Positions 28,899-39,079 are shown, counted from the first letter of the stretch. The stretch is DNA of 64,000 nucleotides from an uncultured bacterium (GCA_942493235.1 OW818676.1:2919605-2983604), one strand, 5' to 3'. Made by a program: numbers and translations. The notes: generated by a model not told the origin, from the sequence alone.

Positions 28899-29984
28899 AT
28901 GTTTAGAATATTAGTGATAGAAGATGAGCTACCGATTCTTGAGAATATTTGTGATTATTTAGAGATGAATAACTATTCTACTCTTAGAGCATCTAATGGA
29001 AGAATAGGGTTGGAAATTGCACTAAAAGAAATACCCGATATTATTCTGTGCGATATTATGATGCCGGAATTAAACGGAATCGAAGTCTTAAAAGGTTTAA
29101 GAGATGTGCTTTCAACAGCAGATATCCCTTTTATATTTTTAACAGCAAGAACTGAAGAGAATGATTTAAGAATGGGTATGAACTTGGGAGCAGATGATTA
29201 TATAAAAAAACCCTTCCGAAATGCTGATTTAATTAAATCAATTGAAACCAGATTAAACAAAAATAAAACAATTCAAAAAAAACAAGAGCAAAAATTAGAT
29301 AATCTACGCTATTCTTTAGCCGTATCGCTTCCGCACGAACTTTACACTCCTTTGAATGGAATTTTGGGCTATTCCCAACTTTTGAAATCAGATATTTACA
29401 GCTTTTCTAAAGACGAATTAGCGGATATTTTGAACAATTTAAACAGCTCAGCACAGAGATTAAATAACATAGTTACTAATTATGTTTACTATCTCTCCTT
29501 GTTAGAGATACTTAACAGCGGTTTAAAATTAAATAATGAAATCACTTTAGATACATCTGAAATAATTATAGAGCAATCAAAAGCAGTGGCTCGCCACTAC
29601 AATACTGAAAATAGGCTAGAAGTTGATGTAAAGCCGGTCATTACAAATATTTCAAGCGTTCACCTTTATAAATTAGTTAACGAACTTACTGATAACGCCT
29701 TTAAATTCTCAAAAGCAGGCCATAATGTTCGCATAAAAGGTATAATAGAAAACGGAAAGTATAGACTTTCATTTCATAATTTCGGTGTTGGAATGGACAC
29801 CGAACAGATTAAAAATATTGGTGCTTATATCCAATTTAATCGTACCAAATATGAACAGCAAGGTCTGGGGCTGGGGCTGTCGATATGCAAAAAGATATGC
29901 CAAATATATGATATTCAAATTGACGTATTTAGTATTCCTAATGAATTTTTAGAAGTAGTATTAAATATTCCGGTCGCTTCGTAA
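28899..29984 (+). CDS. Response-regulator receiver fused to histidine kinase
   Basis: ILVIEDE, PDIILCDIMMP, FLTA, KPF; H-box HELYTPLNGILG; NAFKFS; GLGLGL. Confidence 0.9.
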   Translation: MFRILVIEDELPILENICDYLEMNNYSTLRASNGRIGLEIALKEIPDIILCDIMMPELNGIEVLKGLRDVLSTADIPFIFLTARTEENDLRMGMNLGADDYIKKPFRNADLIKSIETRLNKNKTIQKKQEQKLDNLRYSLAVSLPHELYTPLNGILGYSQLLKSDIYSFSKDELADILNNLNSSAQRLNNIVTNYVYYLSLLEILNSGLKLNNEITLDTSEIIIEQSKAVARHYNTENRLEVDVKPVITNISSVHLYKLVNELTDNAFKFSKAGHNVRIKGIIENGKYRLSFHNFGVGMDTEQIKNIGAYIQFNRTKYEQQGLGLGLSICKKICQIYDIQIDVFSIPNEFLEVVLNIPVAS

Positions 29985-30060
29985 GTTTTTTGCGTAATTC
30001 AAAATAATATTCAGTCTAATTCGATATGATTGTGTATTTGATTTTATTATTTTGGAGAGT

Positions 30061-31959
30061 ATGAGCGAAGATATAACAACAAATGAACTATTTGAAGAGA
30101 ATAAAAAGTCAACATTAGAAGAAAAGTTGGCAAATCTACCGACTAATCCCGGAGTATATCAATACAGGAATAGTAACGGCAAAATAATATATATCGGAAA
30201 AGCTAAAAATTTACGTAATCGGGTTCGTTCTTATTTTCAAGATTATAGACCATTTGATGCTAAAACCAAATTAATGATTAGCAAAATAGAAGACCTTGAA
30301 ATTATTGTTACTGACTCTGAAGCCGAAGCACTTATCTTAGAAGATACGCTGATTAAAAAGCATAAGCCTAAGTATAATATATTACTTCGTGATGACAAGA
30401 CTTATCCGTATGTCAGAATAACCAATGAACCCTACCCCAGAATTTTTAAAACCAGAAAAGTAATCAGAGACGGTTCTAAGTATTTCGGACCATTTACCGA
30501 AGTAAGAAATTTGAAATACCTACTAAAAGTATTAAGAACTGTATTTAAATATAGAAGTTGCAAATTAAAGCTTGAAGATTCTGCCATTGAAAAAGGTAAA
30601 TTTAAAATCTGTTTAGACTATCATATTAAAAAATGTACCGGTCCCTGCCAAGCTCACATTAATCACGAGAGATATAATGATAATATAAAATCGGCAATTG
30701 CTGTTCTACAAGGTAAAACAAAAGAGCTTGAGCAAACCCTAAAAGCCAAAATGGATGCTTTATCTGAAGAAATGATGTTTGAAGAAGCCGGCGAGATTCG
30801 CAATCAATTGCAATTACTCAAGGAATATATAAATAATCAGAAAATTGTCAGCTCAGACTTAATCGATAGAGACGTAATCGGTATTTCAAAAATTGATAAT
30901 TCTGCATGCACATTGATTTTCATGGTTCGCGAGGGCAAGCTGACCGGTAAAAAGCACTATATAGTCCCAAATGTCGGAGAAATACCCACAGAAGAGCTTG
31001 TACAAGCTACTTTAGAGCGATGGTACATGGAAACTGAATTTATCCCTAAAGAGATTTTTGTGCCTTCTATGCCCGAATCTCCCGAATTTCTAATTGACTG
31101 GCTTAAAAAGAAACGCGGTAAATCGATTGACTTAACTGCTCCGAAGCTCGGAGATAAAAAGAAAATTGTTGACTTGGCATGTGCGAACGCAGAATTTATG
31201 CTCAGAGATTATTTTATAGCAATTTCAAAAAAAGAACAGACCCTATCAAAAGCTATTCTTGATTTACAAAAAGACTTACATCTACCAAAAGCTCCGATTA
31301 GAATCGAATGCTTTGATAATTCTCATCTTCAAGGAACAGACTATGTTTCGTCTATGGTGGTCTTTGTAGAAGGTAAGCCAAAGAAATCCGAATATAGAAA
31401 ATTTAAGCTTAAAGAAGTTGACGGCAATGATGATTTCGCCGCTATGCGAGAAGTCATTTTCCGTAGATATAACAAAATAAAAGAGCTATCCGAACCCATG
31501 CCCGATTTGATTATTGTGGACGGTGGCAAAGGGCAATTGTCATCTGCAGTCGAAATCTTAAAAGAAATCGGAGTCTATGAAAACACTTCGATAGTGGGAC
31601 TTGCTAAAAGACTTGATGAAGTATTTTTACCGGATCAATCCGATTCAATTCTATTACCACGTAACACAATATCACTGAAAATTATTCAGAACCTACGAGA
31701 CGAAGCTCATAGATTTGCAATTACTTATCACAGGCAGTTAAGAGCAAAAAGAACTATTAAAACCGAACTTACATCAATTGACGGAATTGGCATAAAAACA
31801 GCTCAAAAACTTCTTAAAAAATTTGGTTCGGTTAGCCAAATAGAGAAATTAGACTTTGATACATTAAGTAAAGAAGTAAATGACAATATGGCAAATTCAA
31901 TTTTACTTTTTTTCAAAAACAAAAAGGAATCCAATGAAACACTTTCAAATGATATATAA
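30061..31959 (+). CDS. uvrC: Excinuclease ABC subunit C
   Basis: PGVYQY..IIYIGKAKNLRNRVRSYF, LIKKHKPKYN, IECFDNSH, DDFAAM, VDGGKGQL, RDEAHRFA, HhH GIG.KTA. Confidence 0.97.
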   Translation: MSEDITTNELFEENKKSTLEEKLANLPTNPGVYQYRNSNGKIIYIGKAKNLRNRVRSYFQDYRPFDAKTKLMISKIEDLEIIVTDSEAEALILEDTLIKKHKPKYNILLRDDKTYPYVRITNEPYPRIFKTRKVIRDGSKYFGPFTEVRNLKYLLKVLRTVFKYRSCKLKLEDSAIEKGKFKICLDYHIKKCTGPCQAHINHERYNDNIKSAIAVLQGKTKELEQTLKAKMDALSEEMMFEEAGEIRNQLQLLKEYINNQKIVSSDLIDRDVIGISKIDNSACTLIFMVREGKLTGKKHYIVPNVGEIPTEELVQATLERWYMETEFIPKEIFVPSMPESPEFLIDWLKKKRGKSIDLTAPKLGDKKKIVDLACANAEFMLRDYFIAISKKEQTLSKAILDLQKDLHLPKAPIRIECFDNSHLQGTDYVSSMVVFVEGKPKKSEYRKFKLKEVDGNDDFAAMREVIFRRYNKIKELSEPMPDLIIVDGGKGQLSSAVEILKEIGVYENTSIVGLAKRLDEVFLPDQSDSILLPRNTISLKIIQNLRDEAHRFAITYHRQLRAKRTIKTELTSIDGIGIKTAQKLLKKFGSVSQIEKLDFDTLSKEVNDNMANSILLFFKNKKESNETLSNDI

Positions 31960-33901
31960 TAAGTTGTTGATAATTAAAGAACAATACACCAATCTGCCTG
32001 AATATTTTGTTCCATCTGTTTGGATAAATAATTCTAACTCCTCTGAAATAATCGCAATCAATCCCTTAGATTTTTTTATTAATTCTTTTGATTATATTTG
32101 CTCAAAACCCAAAGTGGAATTTGAAGAACAACTTGCGAATTCAACAATTTACAATTTCATGGTAAGGCTGACTACCGCATTTGACCATAATCAAAATGGC
32201 AACATTGATATAGATTATCAATCAATATTCAGAGAAACAGGTACATTTTTAAAATCAATTGCAATACTACCATACATCAAATCACTTGGAGTAAATATAA
32301 TTTATTTACTTCCAATTACTTCCATAGGCGTAGCTAATAAAAAAGGAAATCTCGGCTCAGTATATGCAGTTAAAAATCCATACAAAATTGATGAGAATTT
32401 ATCTGAACCTATTTTAGAAATAGCGGTCGAAGACCAGTTTAAAGCTTTTGTCGAAGCCGCACATCATCTTGGAATTAAAGTAATTACAGAGTTCATTTTC
32501 CGTACTGCTTCTATAGACAGTGATTTTGCTTTAGAGCATCCGGACTGGTTTTATTGGTTGAAAGATGACATAAAAGATAAGTCTTTTACCAATGATGAAC
32601 TGTCTTATTCACCCCCAATATTTTCAGAAACAAGTCTCATTAAAATCAAGCAAGACATTGATAATCATATCTATTCCGAACTTATTCCACCTGATGAATC
32701 ATATATAAATATGTTTACCGAAGCACCCGTAAAAGTTTATAAAGTGGATAGTAGAATCAAAGGTGAATTAAAGGACGGGACAGTCGTCAGAATTCCTGGA
32801 GCTTTTGCAGACTGGCCACCTGATGATAACCAGCCTCTATGGAGCGACATAACTTATTTAAAATTATATACTCATGCAGATTACAATTACATTGCCTATA
32901 ATACTGTCCGCATGTATGATGATAAAATATCCGATGAAAAATATATAAATCAAGAGCTTTGGGACAAGTTAAGCTCAATCATTCCATTTTATATTAATCA
33001 GTATGATATAGACGGAATAATGCTTGACATGGGGCACGCACTTCCTCTTAAACTACGCAAGCATATCCTTGATAATGCAATTATTTACAAAGATGATTTT
33101 TTGCTGTTTGAAGAGAATTTTATTCTCTCTAAAGACTCAAAAGACGAAGGATATTCTGCTGCTGTCGGGTATCTACCATTTGATTTCTCTATTTGTAATA
33201 AGATGAAAGAATTTATTTATAGAATTGCAAATAATGACATTCCAATATTATCATTTGCAACTGCTGAAAACCACAACACAAAAAGAACTTATAAGTACTT
33301 TGAAAATATTGAATATAGCAAACTCGTCTGGTCAATTTCAAAATTCCTGCCGAAGACTATCCCCTTTATTCATTCAGGATTTGAGCTATTGGAGTCTAAT
33401 CCGGTAAACACAGGGCTTGGTTTTACCGATGAAGAGATACTCAGTTATACTACCAAAGACTTAGCTCTATTCTCTTCTGCTTGTTTAAATTGGACAAATA
33501 CCAATATCATTGATTACATAAAGAAAATCAATTTTATTAAACAGTACTTTTTCTCAAAAGAAAATATTAAACGGGTAATTGTTATAAATCACTGCAATAC
33601 AAATATATTAGCATATATTCTGATTAGCGACCATGAAAAACATATTCTATGCTTGGCAAATTATTCTGATAAAGCAAATAAAACCGGAATAGAAATTGAA
33701 AATTCTATTAGTCTTGATAATACAATTAAAATTGAAAATTCTATTGATATTGAAAATTCTATTGAAATTGAAAATAAATTTTCAAAAAAACAATATAATA
33801 GCTTTTATAATTCAATAACTAATGTTAATTTTGAAGTTCGGAATAATTCAATAGATATTGAGTTAGAACCGTTTGAATTTATGGTTGGACTAATCAAATA
33901 A
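31934..33901 (+). CDS. GH13 maltodextrin glycosyltransferase-like (Thermotoga maltosyltransferase type)
   Basis: RLTTAFDH, FRETGTFLK...LPYIKSLG.N.IYLLP, FKAFVEAAHHLGI.V..EF..RT, HPDWFYW, IDGIMLDMGHALP, P.N.GL match my recollection of the T. maritima enzyme; start at 31934 has an AAGGA RBS and overlaps the uvrC end by 26 nt. Confidence 0.8.
   Translation: MKHFQMIYNKLLIIKEQYTNLPEYFVPSVWINNSNSSEIIAINPLDFFINSFDYICSKPKVEFEEQLANSTIYNFMVRLTTAFDHNQNGNIDIDYQSIFRETGTFLKSIAILPYIKSLGVNIIYLLPITSIGVANKKGNLGSVYAVKNPYKIDENLSEPILEIAVEDQFKAFVEAAHHLGIKVITEFIFRTASIDSDFALEHPDWFYWLKDDIKDKSFTNDELSYSPPIFSETSLIKIKQDIDNHIYSELIPPDESYINMFTEAPVKVYKVDSRIKGELKDGTVVRIPGAFADWPPDDNQPLWSDITYLKLYTHADYNYIAYNTVRMYDDKISDEKYINQELWDKLSSIIPFYINQYDIDGIMLDMGHALPLKLRKHILDNAIIYKDDFLLFEENFILSKDSKDEGYSAAVGYLPFDFSICNKMKEFIYRIANNDIPILSFATAENHNTKRTYKYFENIEYSKLVWSISKFLPKTIPFIHSGFELLESNPVNTGLGFTDEEILSYTTKDLALFSSACLNWTNTNIIDYIKKINFIKQYFFSKENIKRVIVINHCNTNILAYILISDHEKHILCLANYSDKANKTGIEIENSISLDNTIKIENSIDIENSIEIENKFSKKQYNSFYNSITNVNFEVRNNSIDIELEPFEFMVGLIK
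33689..33778 (+). repeat. In-frame 18-bp tandem repeat x5 inside the GH13 gene
   Basis: Encodes IEIENS-ISLDNT-IKIENS-IDIENS-IEIENK; unit approximately ATTGAAATTGAAAATTCT. Confidence 0.8.
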
Positions 33902-33911
33902 GTGATTGTAA

Positions 33912-34469
33912 ATGAAGCCAAATAGAGAACAAGCTTGGGAATTACTAAACAAGTACAATAAAAGTGAGTCATTAATTACTCACGCTATTTCAGTAGAATC
34001 AGTTATGAAGTATTTCGCTGAGCATTTCGGCGAAGATATTGATAAATGGGGCGTTATTGGGCTAATTCACGATTTAGATTATGAAATGTATCCTACTGAA
34101 CACTGTACTAAAACCAAAGCACTTTTGGAAGCAGAGAATTGGGATCAAGAATATATTAGAGCAGTTATTTCTCACGGATGGGGAATTTGTTCGGATGTAG
34201 AACCCATTACAAAATTAGAAAAAACACTCTTTGCTATCGATGAATTAACAGGGTTGATATACGCCTGTGTATTGGTCAGACCCAATAAATTAATAGATGA
34301 TTTAGAGCTTAAATCAGTCAAAAAGAAATGGAAAATCAAAACATTTGCTGCCGGAGCTAATCGCGATTTGATTATCAAAGGAGCTGAAATGCTAGGTTTA
34401 GAAATAGATGAGCTTATTAGTTTAACTATTTCAGGAATGAAAAAATATTCCAAGGAAATTGGAATCTAA
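33912..34469 (+). CDS. HD-domain (HDIG-like) predicted hydrolase
   Basis: REQAWELL..YN..ESL..HA..VE..M, GLIHDLDYE, H, DELTGLI.A..LVRP. Confidence 0.85.
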   Translation: MKPNREQAWELLNKYNKSESLITHAISVESVMKYFAEHFGEDIDKWGVIGLIHDLDYEMYPTEHCTKTKALLEAENWDQEYIRAVISHGWGICSDVEPITKLEKTLFAIDELTGLIYACVLVRPNKLIDDLELKSVKKKWKIKTFAAGANRDLIIKGAEMLGLEIDELISLTISGMKKYSKEIGI

Positions 34470-34503
34470 AATGGTGATATTCTTATAGGAATACAAATTT
34501 AAA

Positions 34504-36366
34504 ATGGCAGATAAAAAATATCAAACCGGTAACACTGAATTCGGGTCAATAGGTAGAACTAATATTTTTAAAGGTTTAGTGATTGTTTTTGCAATATTAT
34601 ATATTGGCAGATTGGGCTATTTGCAAATTGTAAAGGGCAGCACTTACTTAGTAGAATCCGAAGCACAAGCTATTAAACAAGAAGTAGTTGAACCATTCAG
34701 AGGTAATATATTCGACCGTAATGGTGAACTATTGGTTCATAATGAGCCGTCATTTACAGTAAAAGTTACTCCAAGTGATTTTAAGCCTGAAGCTTTAGCA
34801 CTATTGTCTTCGTTAGTTGGCATAGATTCTAATGAAATAAAAAAAACTATTAAATCTTTTGAAGGATTTTCAAGATTCGAGCCGATTAAAATAGCGAGAG
34901 ATATTGATAGAAGTATGGCATTACTAATTGAAGAATACAGTGATTTCCTCCCCGGAGTAGATATATCAATTGAATCAAAGAGATTATATGATTTTGCTGG
35001 TAGCATGTCGCACTTATTCGGTTATACTCGCGAAATATCTCGTGAAGAATTAAAGAAATATTCAGATTATAAGCCGGGGGACAATATTGGTAAAACCGGA
35101 ATTGAAGCTGCATACGAAGACTTTCTCAAAGGCACTAAAGGTATTAAATATGTAGCTGTTAATCGTGGTGGGCAGAAAGTGTCAAGTTTTAATAACGGCA
35201 AAAGTGACGAATCGGTCAAAAACGGATTTGATTTATATCTATCACTTCATAAAAAAACCCAAGAGAAAGCAGTCAGCCTGCTTGAAGGAAGGCGTGGTGC
35301 AATTATTGCCATCGACCCAAGCAACGGCGAGATAATAGCTTATGTATCTAAACCTGATTATGATTTACAAGAAATGAGCGGCAGAGTACGTCCGGAATAT
35401 TATTCCCAATTAAGAGACGACGATGGGCACCCACTTGTTAATCGTGGTGTAATGTCAGCATATCCCCCGGGATCAACTTGGAAAATGCTTGTAGCGATTG
35501 CCGGACTTCAGGAAGGCTTAATAAATGAAAATACTACTTTTTATTGCGGCGGTGCATTCCAATTCGGTAATAGGTCTTACGGTTGCCACGGAGCTCATGG
35601 CTCTGTAAATGTTAGAACTGCATTGAAAGCCTCTTGTAATATTTATTTCTATCAATTAGGGCTTAAATTAGGGCTTGACCGCTTAGCAAAATATGCTAAT
35701 ATGTTCGGTTTCGGTCAAAAAACACAAGTAGATATTCCAAATGAGAATAGAGGATTCTTCCCTACTGCCGAACTATTAGATAAAAAGTTCGGAAAAGGAG
35801 CTTCAAAATATAAAGGCAGATTAGTCAATTATGGTATTGGTCAAGGCGAGATAAATGTAACCCCTATTCAGATGGCTGCCTATATCTCGACCATTGCTAA
35901 TAAAGGCACTTATTACCAGCCACATGTAGTCAGAGATATTTATAATAATGTAACAAAAAAAATGCGAAAAAATGACTATTATTCAAGAGAACTTCCTATT
36001 GATAAGAGAGTATTTGATATAATATTACCCGGTATGTTTGATGTAGTTAATCAGCCCGGAGGTACTGGCTTTGGAGCTTTCGCTTTATATCGCCAGTTTC
36101 TTACCGGATTTCAAGTATATGGTAAAACCGGTACGGCTGAAAACCCTCACGGAGATGACCACTCATGGTTTGTATGCTTTGCTTCAGAAAACGGAAAGCC
36201 TAAAATAGCTGTAATTGCTATGGTAGAAAATGCCGGTTTCGGTGCTACGGTTGCAGCTCCTATTGCTTATCAAATATTAGCTACTTTCTTAAATCCGAAA
36301 TTTGAGGAAGTTCCTATTTATGACTCTCAAACAAGTGGTAAAGATTCAACAATAACAGAGGATTAA
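34504..36366 (+). CDS. mrdA: Penicillin-binding protein 2
   Basis: N-terminal TM, RGNIFDRNG, YPPGSTWK (SxxK), SCN (SxN), KTGTAE. Confidence 0.93.
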   Translation: MADKKYQTGNTEFGSIGRTNIFKGLVIVFAILYIGRLGYLQIVKGSTYLVESEAQAIKQEVVEPFRGNIFDRNGELLVHNEPSFTVKVTPSDFKPEALALLSSLVGIDSNEIKKTIKSFEGFSRFEPIKIARDIDRSMALLIEEYSDFLPGVDISIESKRLYDFAGSMSHLFGYTREISREELKKYSDYKPGDNIGKTGIEAAYEDFLKGTKGIKYVAVNRGGQKVSSFNNGKSDESVKNGFDLYLSLHKKTQEKAVSLLEGRRGAIIAIDPSNGEIIAYVSKPDYDLQEMSGRVRPEYYSQLRDDDGHPLVNRGVMSAYPPGSTWKMLVAIAGLQEGLINENTTFYCGGAFQFGNRSYGCHGAHGSVNVRTALKASCNIYFYQLGLKLGLDRLAKYANMFGFGQKTQVDIPNENRGFFPTAELLDKKFGKGASKYKGRLVNYGIGQGEINVTPIQMAAYISTIANKGTYYQPHVVRDIYNNVTKKMRKNDYYSRELPIDKRVFDIILPGMFDVVNQPGGTGFGAFALYRQFLTGFQVYGKTGTAENPHGDDHSWFVCFASENGKPKIAVIAMVENAGFGATVAAPIAYQILATFLNPKFEEVPIYDSQTSGKDSTITED

Positions 36367-36373
36367 TTACAAA

Positions 36374-37033
36374 ATGTGTGGAAGATTTGCATTATCACCA
36401 AAAACTAATAAAATAGAAGCATTATTACCGGATAGTAAATTGATACTTAATAATGTTCCTCGTTTTAATATTGCCCCTGGTTCAAACGTAAATTGTATTA
36501 TCAATAAATCCGGTAAATTTGCTATCGGCGAATTTCTCTGGGGTTTGATTCCGTCTTGGTCAAAAGATAATATGGGTGCCTTTAATCTATTTAATGCCAA
36601 ATCCGAAACTCTGGACGAAAAACCCGCTTTTAAATATTTAATCAGTCGTAACAGAGCATTAATCCCTGCTACCGGCTTCTATGAATGGAAAAAAGAAACT
36701 TCAAAAACAAAAACTCCTTATTATTTCTATTTAAATGATACTGAAGTATTTGCTTTTGCAGGACTTTATGATAAATGGAAGAATTCAGCCGGAGCTATAG
36801 TTTATTCTGTTACTATTATTACTACTGATGCTAATTCAATAATGAAACCTATTCATGACCGAATGCCTATAATATTAGATAATTCTAATGCTGCCGAATA
36901 TCTTAATCACTCAAATAACATTCAAGACTTCCTAAAACCATATAAAAGCCGAAAGATGAAAACATATCAGGTGGATAGATATGTCAATAGTGCTCTTAAC
37001 GATGGCGAATTATGTGCTAAACCATTAATTTAA
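36374..37033 (+). CDS. SOS response-associated peptidase (SRAP/YedK/HMCES), abasic-site protection
   Basis: MCGRF N-terminus, RFNIAPG, WGLIPSW, FNAKSET, GFYEW, IHDRMPIIL. Confidence 0.94.
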   Translation: MCGRFALSPKTNKIEALLPDSKLILNNVPRFNIAPGSNVNCIINKSGKFAIGEFLWGLIPSWSKDNMGAFNLFNAKSETLDEKPAFKYLISRNRALIPATGFYEWKKETSKTKTPYYFYLNDTEVFAFAGLYDKWKNSAGAIVYSVTIITTDANSIMKPIHDRMPIILDNSNAAEYLNHSNNIQDFLKPYKSRKMKTYQVDRYVNSALNDGELCAKPLI

Positions 37034-37127
37034 GTGGTGATTATATCAGATTTGCAATCCTTATTAAGAAATTCAAAATAATTTCTTTTTTCAACTATTG
37101 CTAAACTATCGAATTTTTGATTAAACT

Positions 37128-37260
37128 CTTATCAAGAGGTTGTCATTATGAAAGAAGTGAAGAATCCAGATAAAGCTAAATACTGATAATTCTGGATTCT
37201 TCGTTACAATCAGAATGACGATTTGGCAATATTATTAATTTTAGACAGCCTCTTGATAAG
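37128..37260. mobile_element. MITE/REP-like element with nested inverted repeats
   Basis: Outer arms CTTATCAAGAGGTTGTC / GACAGCCTCTTGATAAG (1 mismatch); inner GTCATT..GAAGAATCCAGA / TCTGGATTCTTC..AATGAC; lies between convergent genes. Confidence 0.75.
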
Positions 37261-37363
37261 CATATACTAAATTATTAATACATCGATAAATGAACTATAA
37301 ACAAATATTTTGGACTTTTACAACAGACTTATATCTGTAATCGTGTATTGCAACAGTTCTTCT

Positions 37364-39013
37364 TTATTGTAATTTAAAGCGAATCGGCAATTTAACTTCA
37401 AAATCATCGCCGGTTCCGAAATCAATACCCGAAGTATTAAACATATTGACTACTCTAAGCACTTCATTATCAAAATCTTTGTTAATGCCTTCGGATATTT
37501 TTATATCCTTGATTTTACCTTTATTAGTAATTTTAAAAGTTACATATACAGTACCACTAATATTAGATTTGATTCCCGATTCAGGATATTTAATGTTTTT
37601 GCCGACGAACCTCATCATAGCATCAGTATTGACTTTGCCCATTTCATTATACGAATTATCGCCTTTTTTACCTTTTTGATTAGTAATGCTTAAAGTTGGC
37701 TCTTCTTTAGCTTTCCAGACATTAACATCGCCGAATTGAACACGAATAATATCATGTTCATAAGCAGCTGTTCCAGTCGGATTTTCAACTTTTTTGAAAT
37801 CGCCGTATCCTCTGACTAAGCTTATAGCTTTTTCTTCAAGACCATAACCTAATTTGGATTTCCACTCACCTTCGACTACTTTTCCATTAATTGCTTTTAT
37901 GTAAATTAGTTTACCATTGGGGTCACGAACAGTTTTTAAATTAATTACAGCATTAGTAATTCCGGCTTTTACAGCTTCAGCAGGAATATCTCTTACATCT
38001 TGAAGCTTATTATAAAATGATGAGAAATCCGGCAAGTACCTTTTTGCAGAATCAATAGGTATAATCTTACCATTTTCATCAAAACAGCAGCTATATTCAT
38101 ATTTTGCATATTTATCGTCTGCCGATACAGGATTGTTTTGCTTATTACAAGCAAATGCAAAGAATAAAATTGCAGATAACGGAATAAACATTAGATATTT
38201 AATATATTCCGATTTTCGAGAATTGTTTTTGTTAAGCATTTTAAACCTCTTTTTTATCATTGACATACTAAATGAGTTGACTGGTGCGGCGAAGAGGTTT
38301 TTCAGTGTTGCAGAAAGCATTAGTTTTTTGTAGTCTTCTTTTCTAACTCCTTGATTAATAATTAAATTATCGGCTGTAAATTCGTGGTTTTCACGTAAAG
38401 CTTTTTCGTAAAGATATATAAAAGGATTAAGCCATAATATAGATTTTATTATTGATACAAATAGCAAATCCAAAGAATGATAATTGTCAATATGGATTTT
38501 CTCATGCTTAAATATTTCACAGAAGTCTTTTGATTGGTAAATTGATTTACTGACAAATATACTTTTTATAAATGAAAACGCCGGAATTTCTTTATTTATT
38601 ATATATAAATTTGTACTATCGTGCTGAGCATGAACTGCTTTTATTTTCAATAGGTTAATCCTAATTACCGAATAGATATAAACGGCGATAAATATTGAAC
38701 TGAATATGATAAATATTAGCATAGCTAAGCTATTATAATTTAATTCACTTAACTGCAATGTATGAGCTGGAGCATTGGCATAGACCACTATTCCCTGAAT
38801 ATAATTATTATTATAGATAGAATTGTCGGAAATAGATTCCGTAGATAGCGATATATTAATTATTGGAATTACAAGACTTAGCAATAATGTAAGTAGCAAA
38901 TAAACGCGGTTTAATGTAAAGAATGTATTTTTGCGTAAAAGCAAATAATATAATCCATAGAACACTCCGGTGCAGAGCGATGATTTAACTAAATAACTTA
39001 AAAACTCATTCAT
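37364..39013 (-). CDS. BlaR1-like M56 peptidase fused to tandem TonB-C domains (paralog 1)
   Basis: FSF..IF, HEKIH (HExxH), WLNPF, ENHEFTAD, KKRFKML; C-terminal GYGLEEKAI and KNIKYPE...GTVYVTF.I...GKI.DIKI; start MNEFLSY at 39013. Confidence 0.9.
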   Translation of the reverse strand: MNEFLSYLVKSSLCTGVFYGLYYLLLRKNTFFTLNRVYLLLTLLLSLVIPIINISLSTESISDNSIYNNNYIQGIVVYANAPAHTLQLSELNYNSLAMLIFIIFSSIFIAVYIYSVIRINLLKIKAVHAQHDSTNLYIINKEIPAFSFIKSIFVSKSIYQSKDFCEIFKHEKIHIDNYHSLDLLFVSIIKSILWLNPFIYLYEKALRENHEFTADNLIINQGVRKEDYKKLMLSATLKNLFAAPVNSFSMSMIKKRFKMLNKNNSRKSEYIKYLMFIPLSAILFFAFACNKQNNPVSADDKYAKYEYSCCFDENGKIIPIDSAKRYLPDFSSFYNKLQDVRDIPAEAVKAGITNAVINLKTVRDPNGKLIYIKAINGKVVEGEWKSKLGYGLEEKAISLVRGYGDFKKVENPTGTAAYEHDIIRVQFGDVNVWKAKEEPTLSITNQKGKKGDNSYNEMGKVNTDAMMRFVGKNIKYPESGIKSNISGTVYVTFKITNKGKIKDIKISEGINKDFDNEVLRVVNMFNTSGIDFGTGDDFEVKLPIRFKLQ

Positions 39014-39066
39014 ATTAAAACCGTATTTTATTTTATAATTTACCAATTATTTTATATAACACATTA
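38099..39066 (-). repeat. ~970 bp near-identical duplication (partner 40882-41852)
   Basis: Shared from about 53 nt upstream of the ATG (TAATGTGTTATATAAAATAAT) to ...GCAGACGATAAATATGCAAAATAT; the sequences diverge abruptly after DDKYAKY. Confidence 0.9.
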
Positions 39067-39079
39067 TAAGAATAGTTAG

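Noticed and set aside
3052-37033. DNA-repair island (mutS2, xth, uvrC, SRAP)
   Set aside because: The genes are 5-17 kb apart, on different strands, and interleaved with unrelated housekeeping genes; no operon or shared motif was seen.
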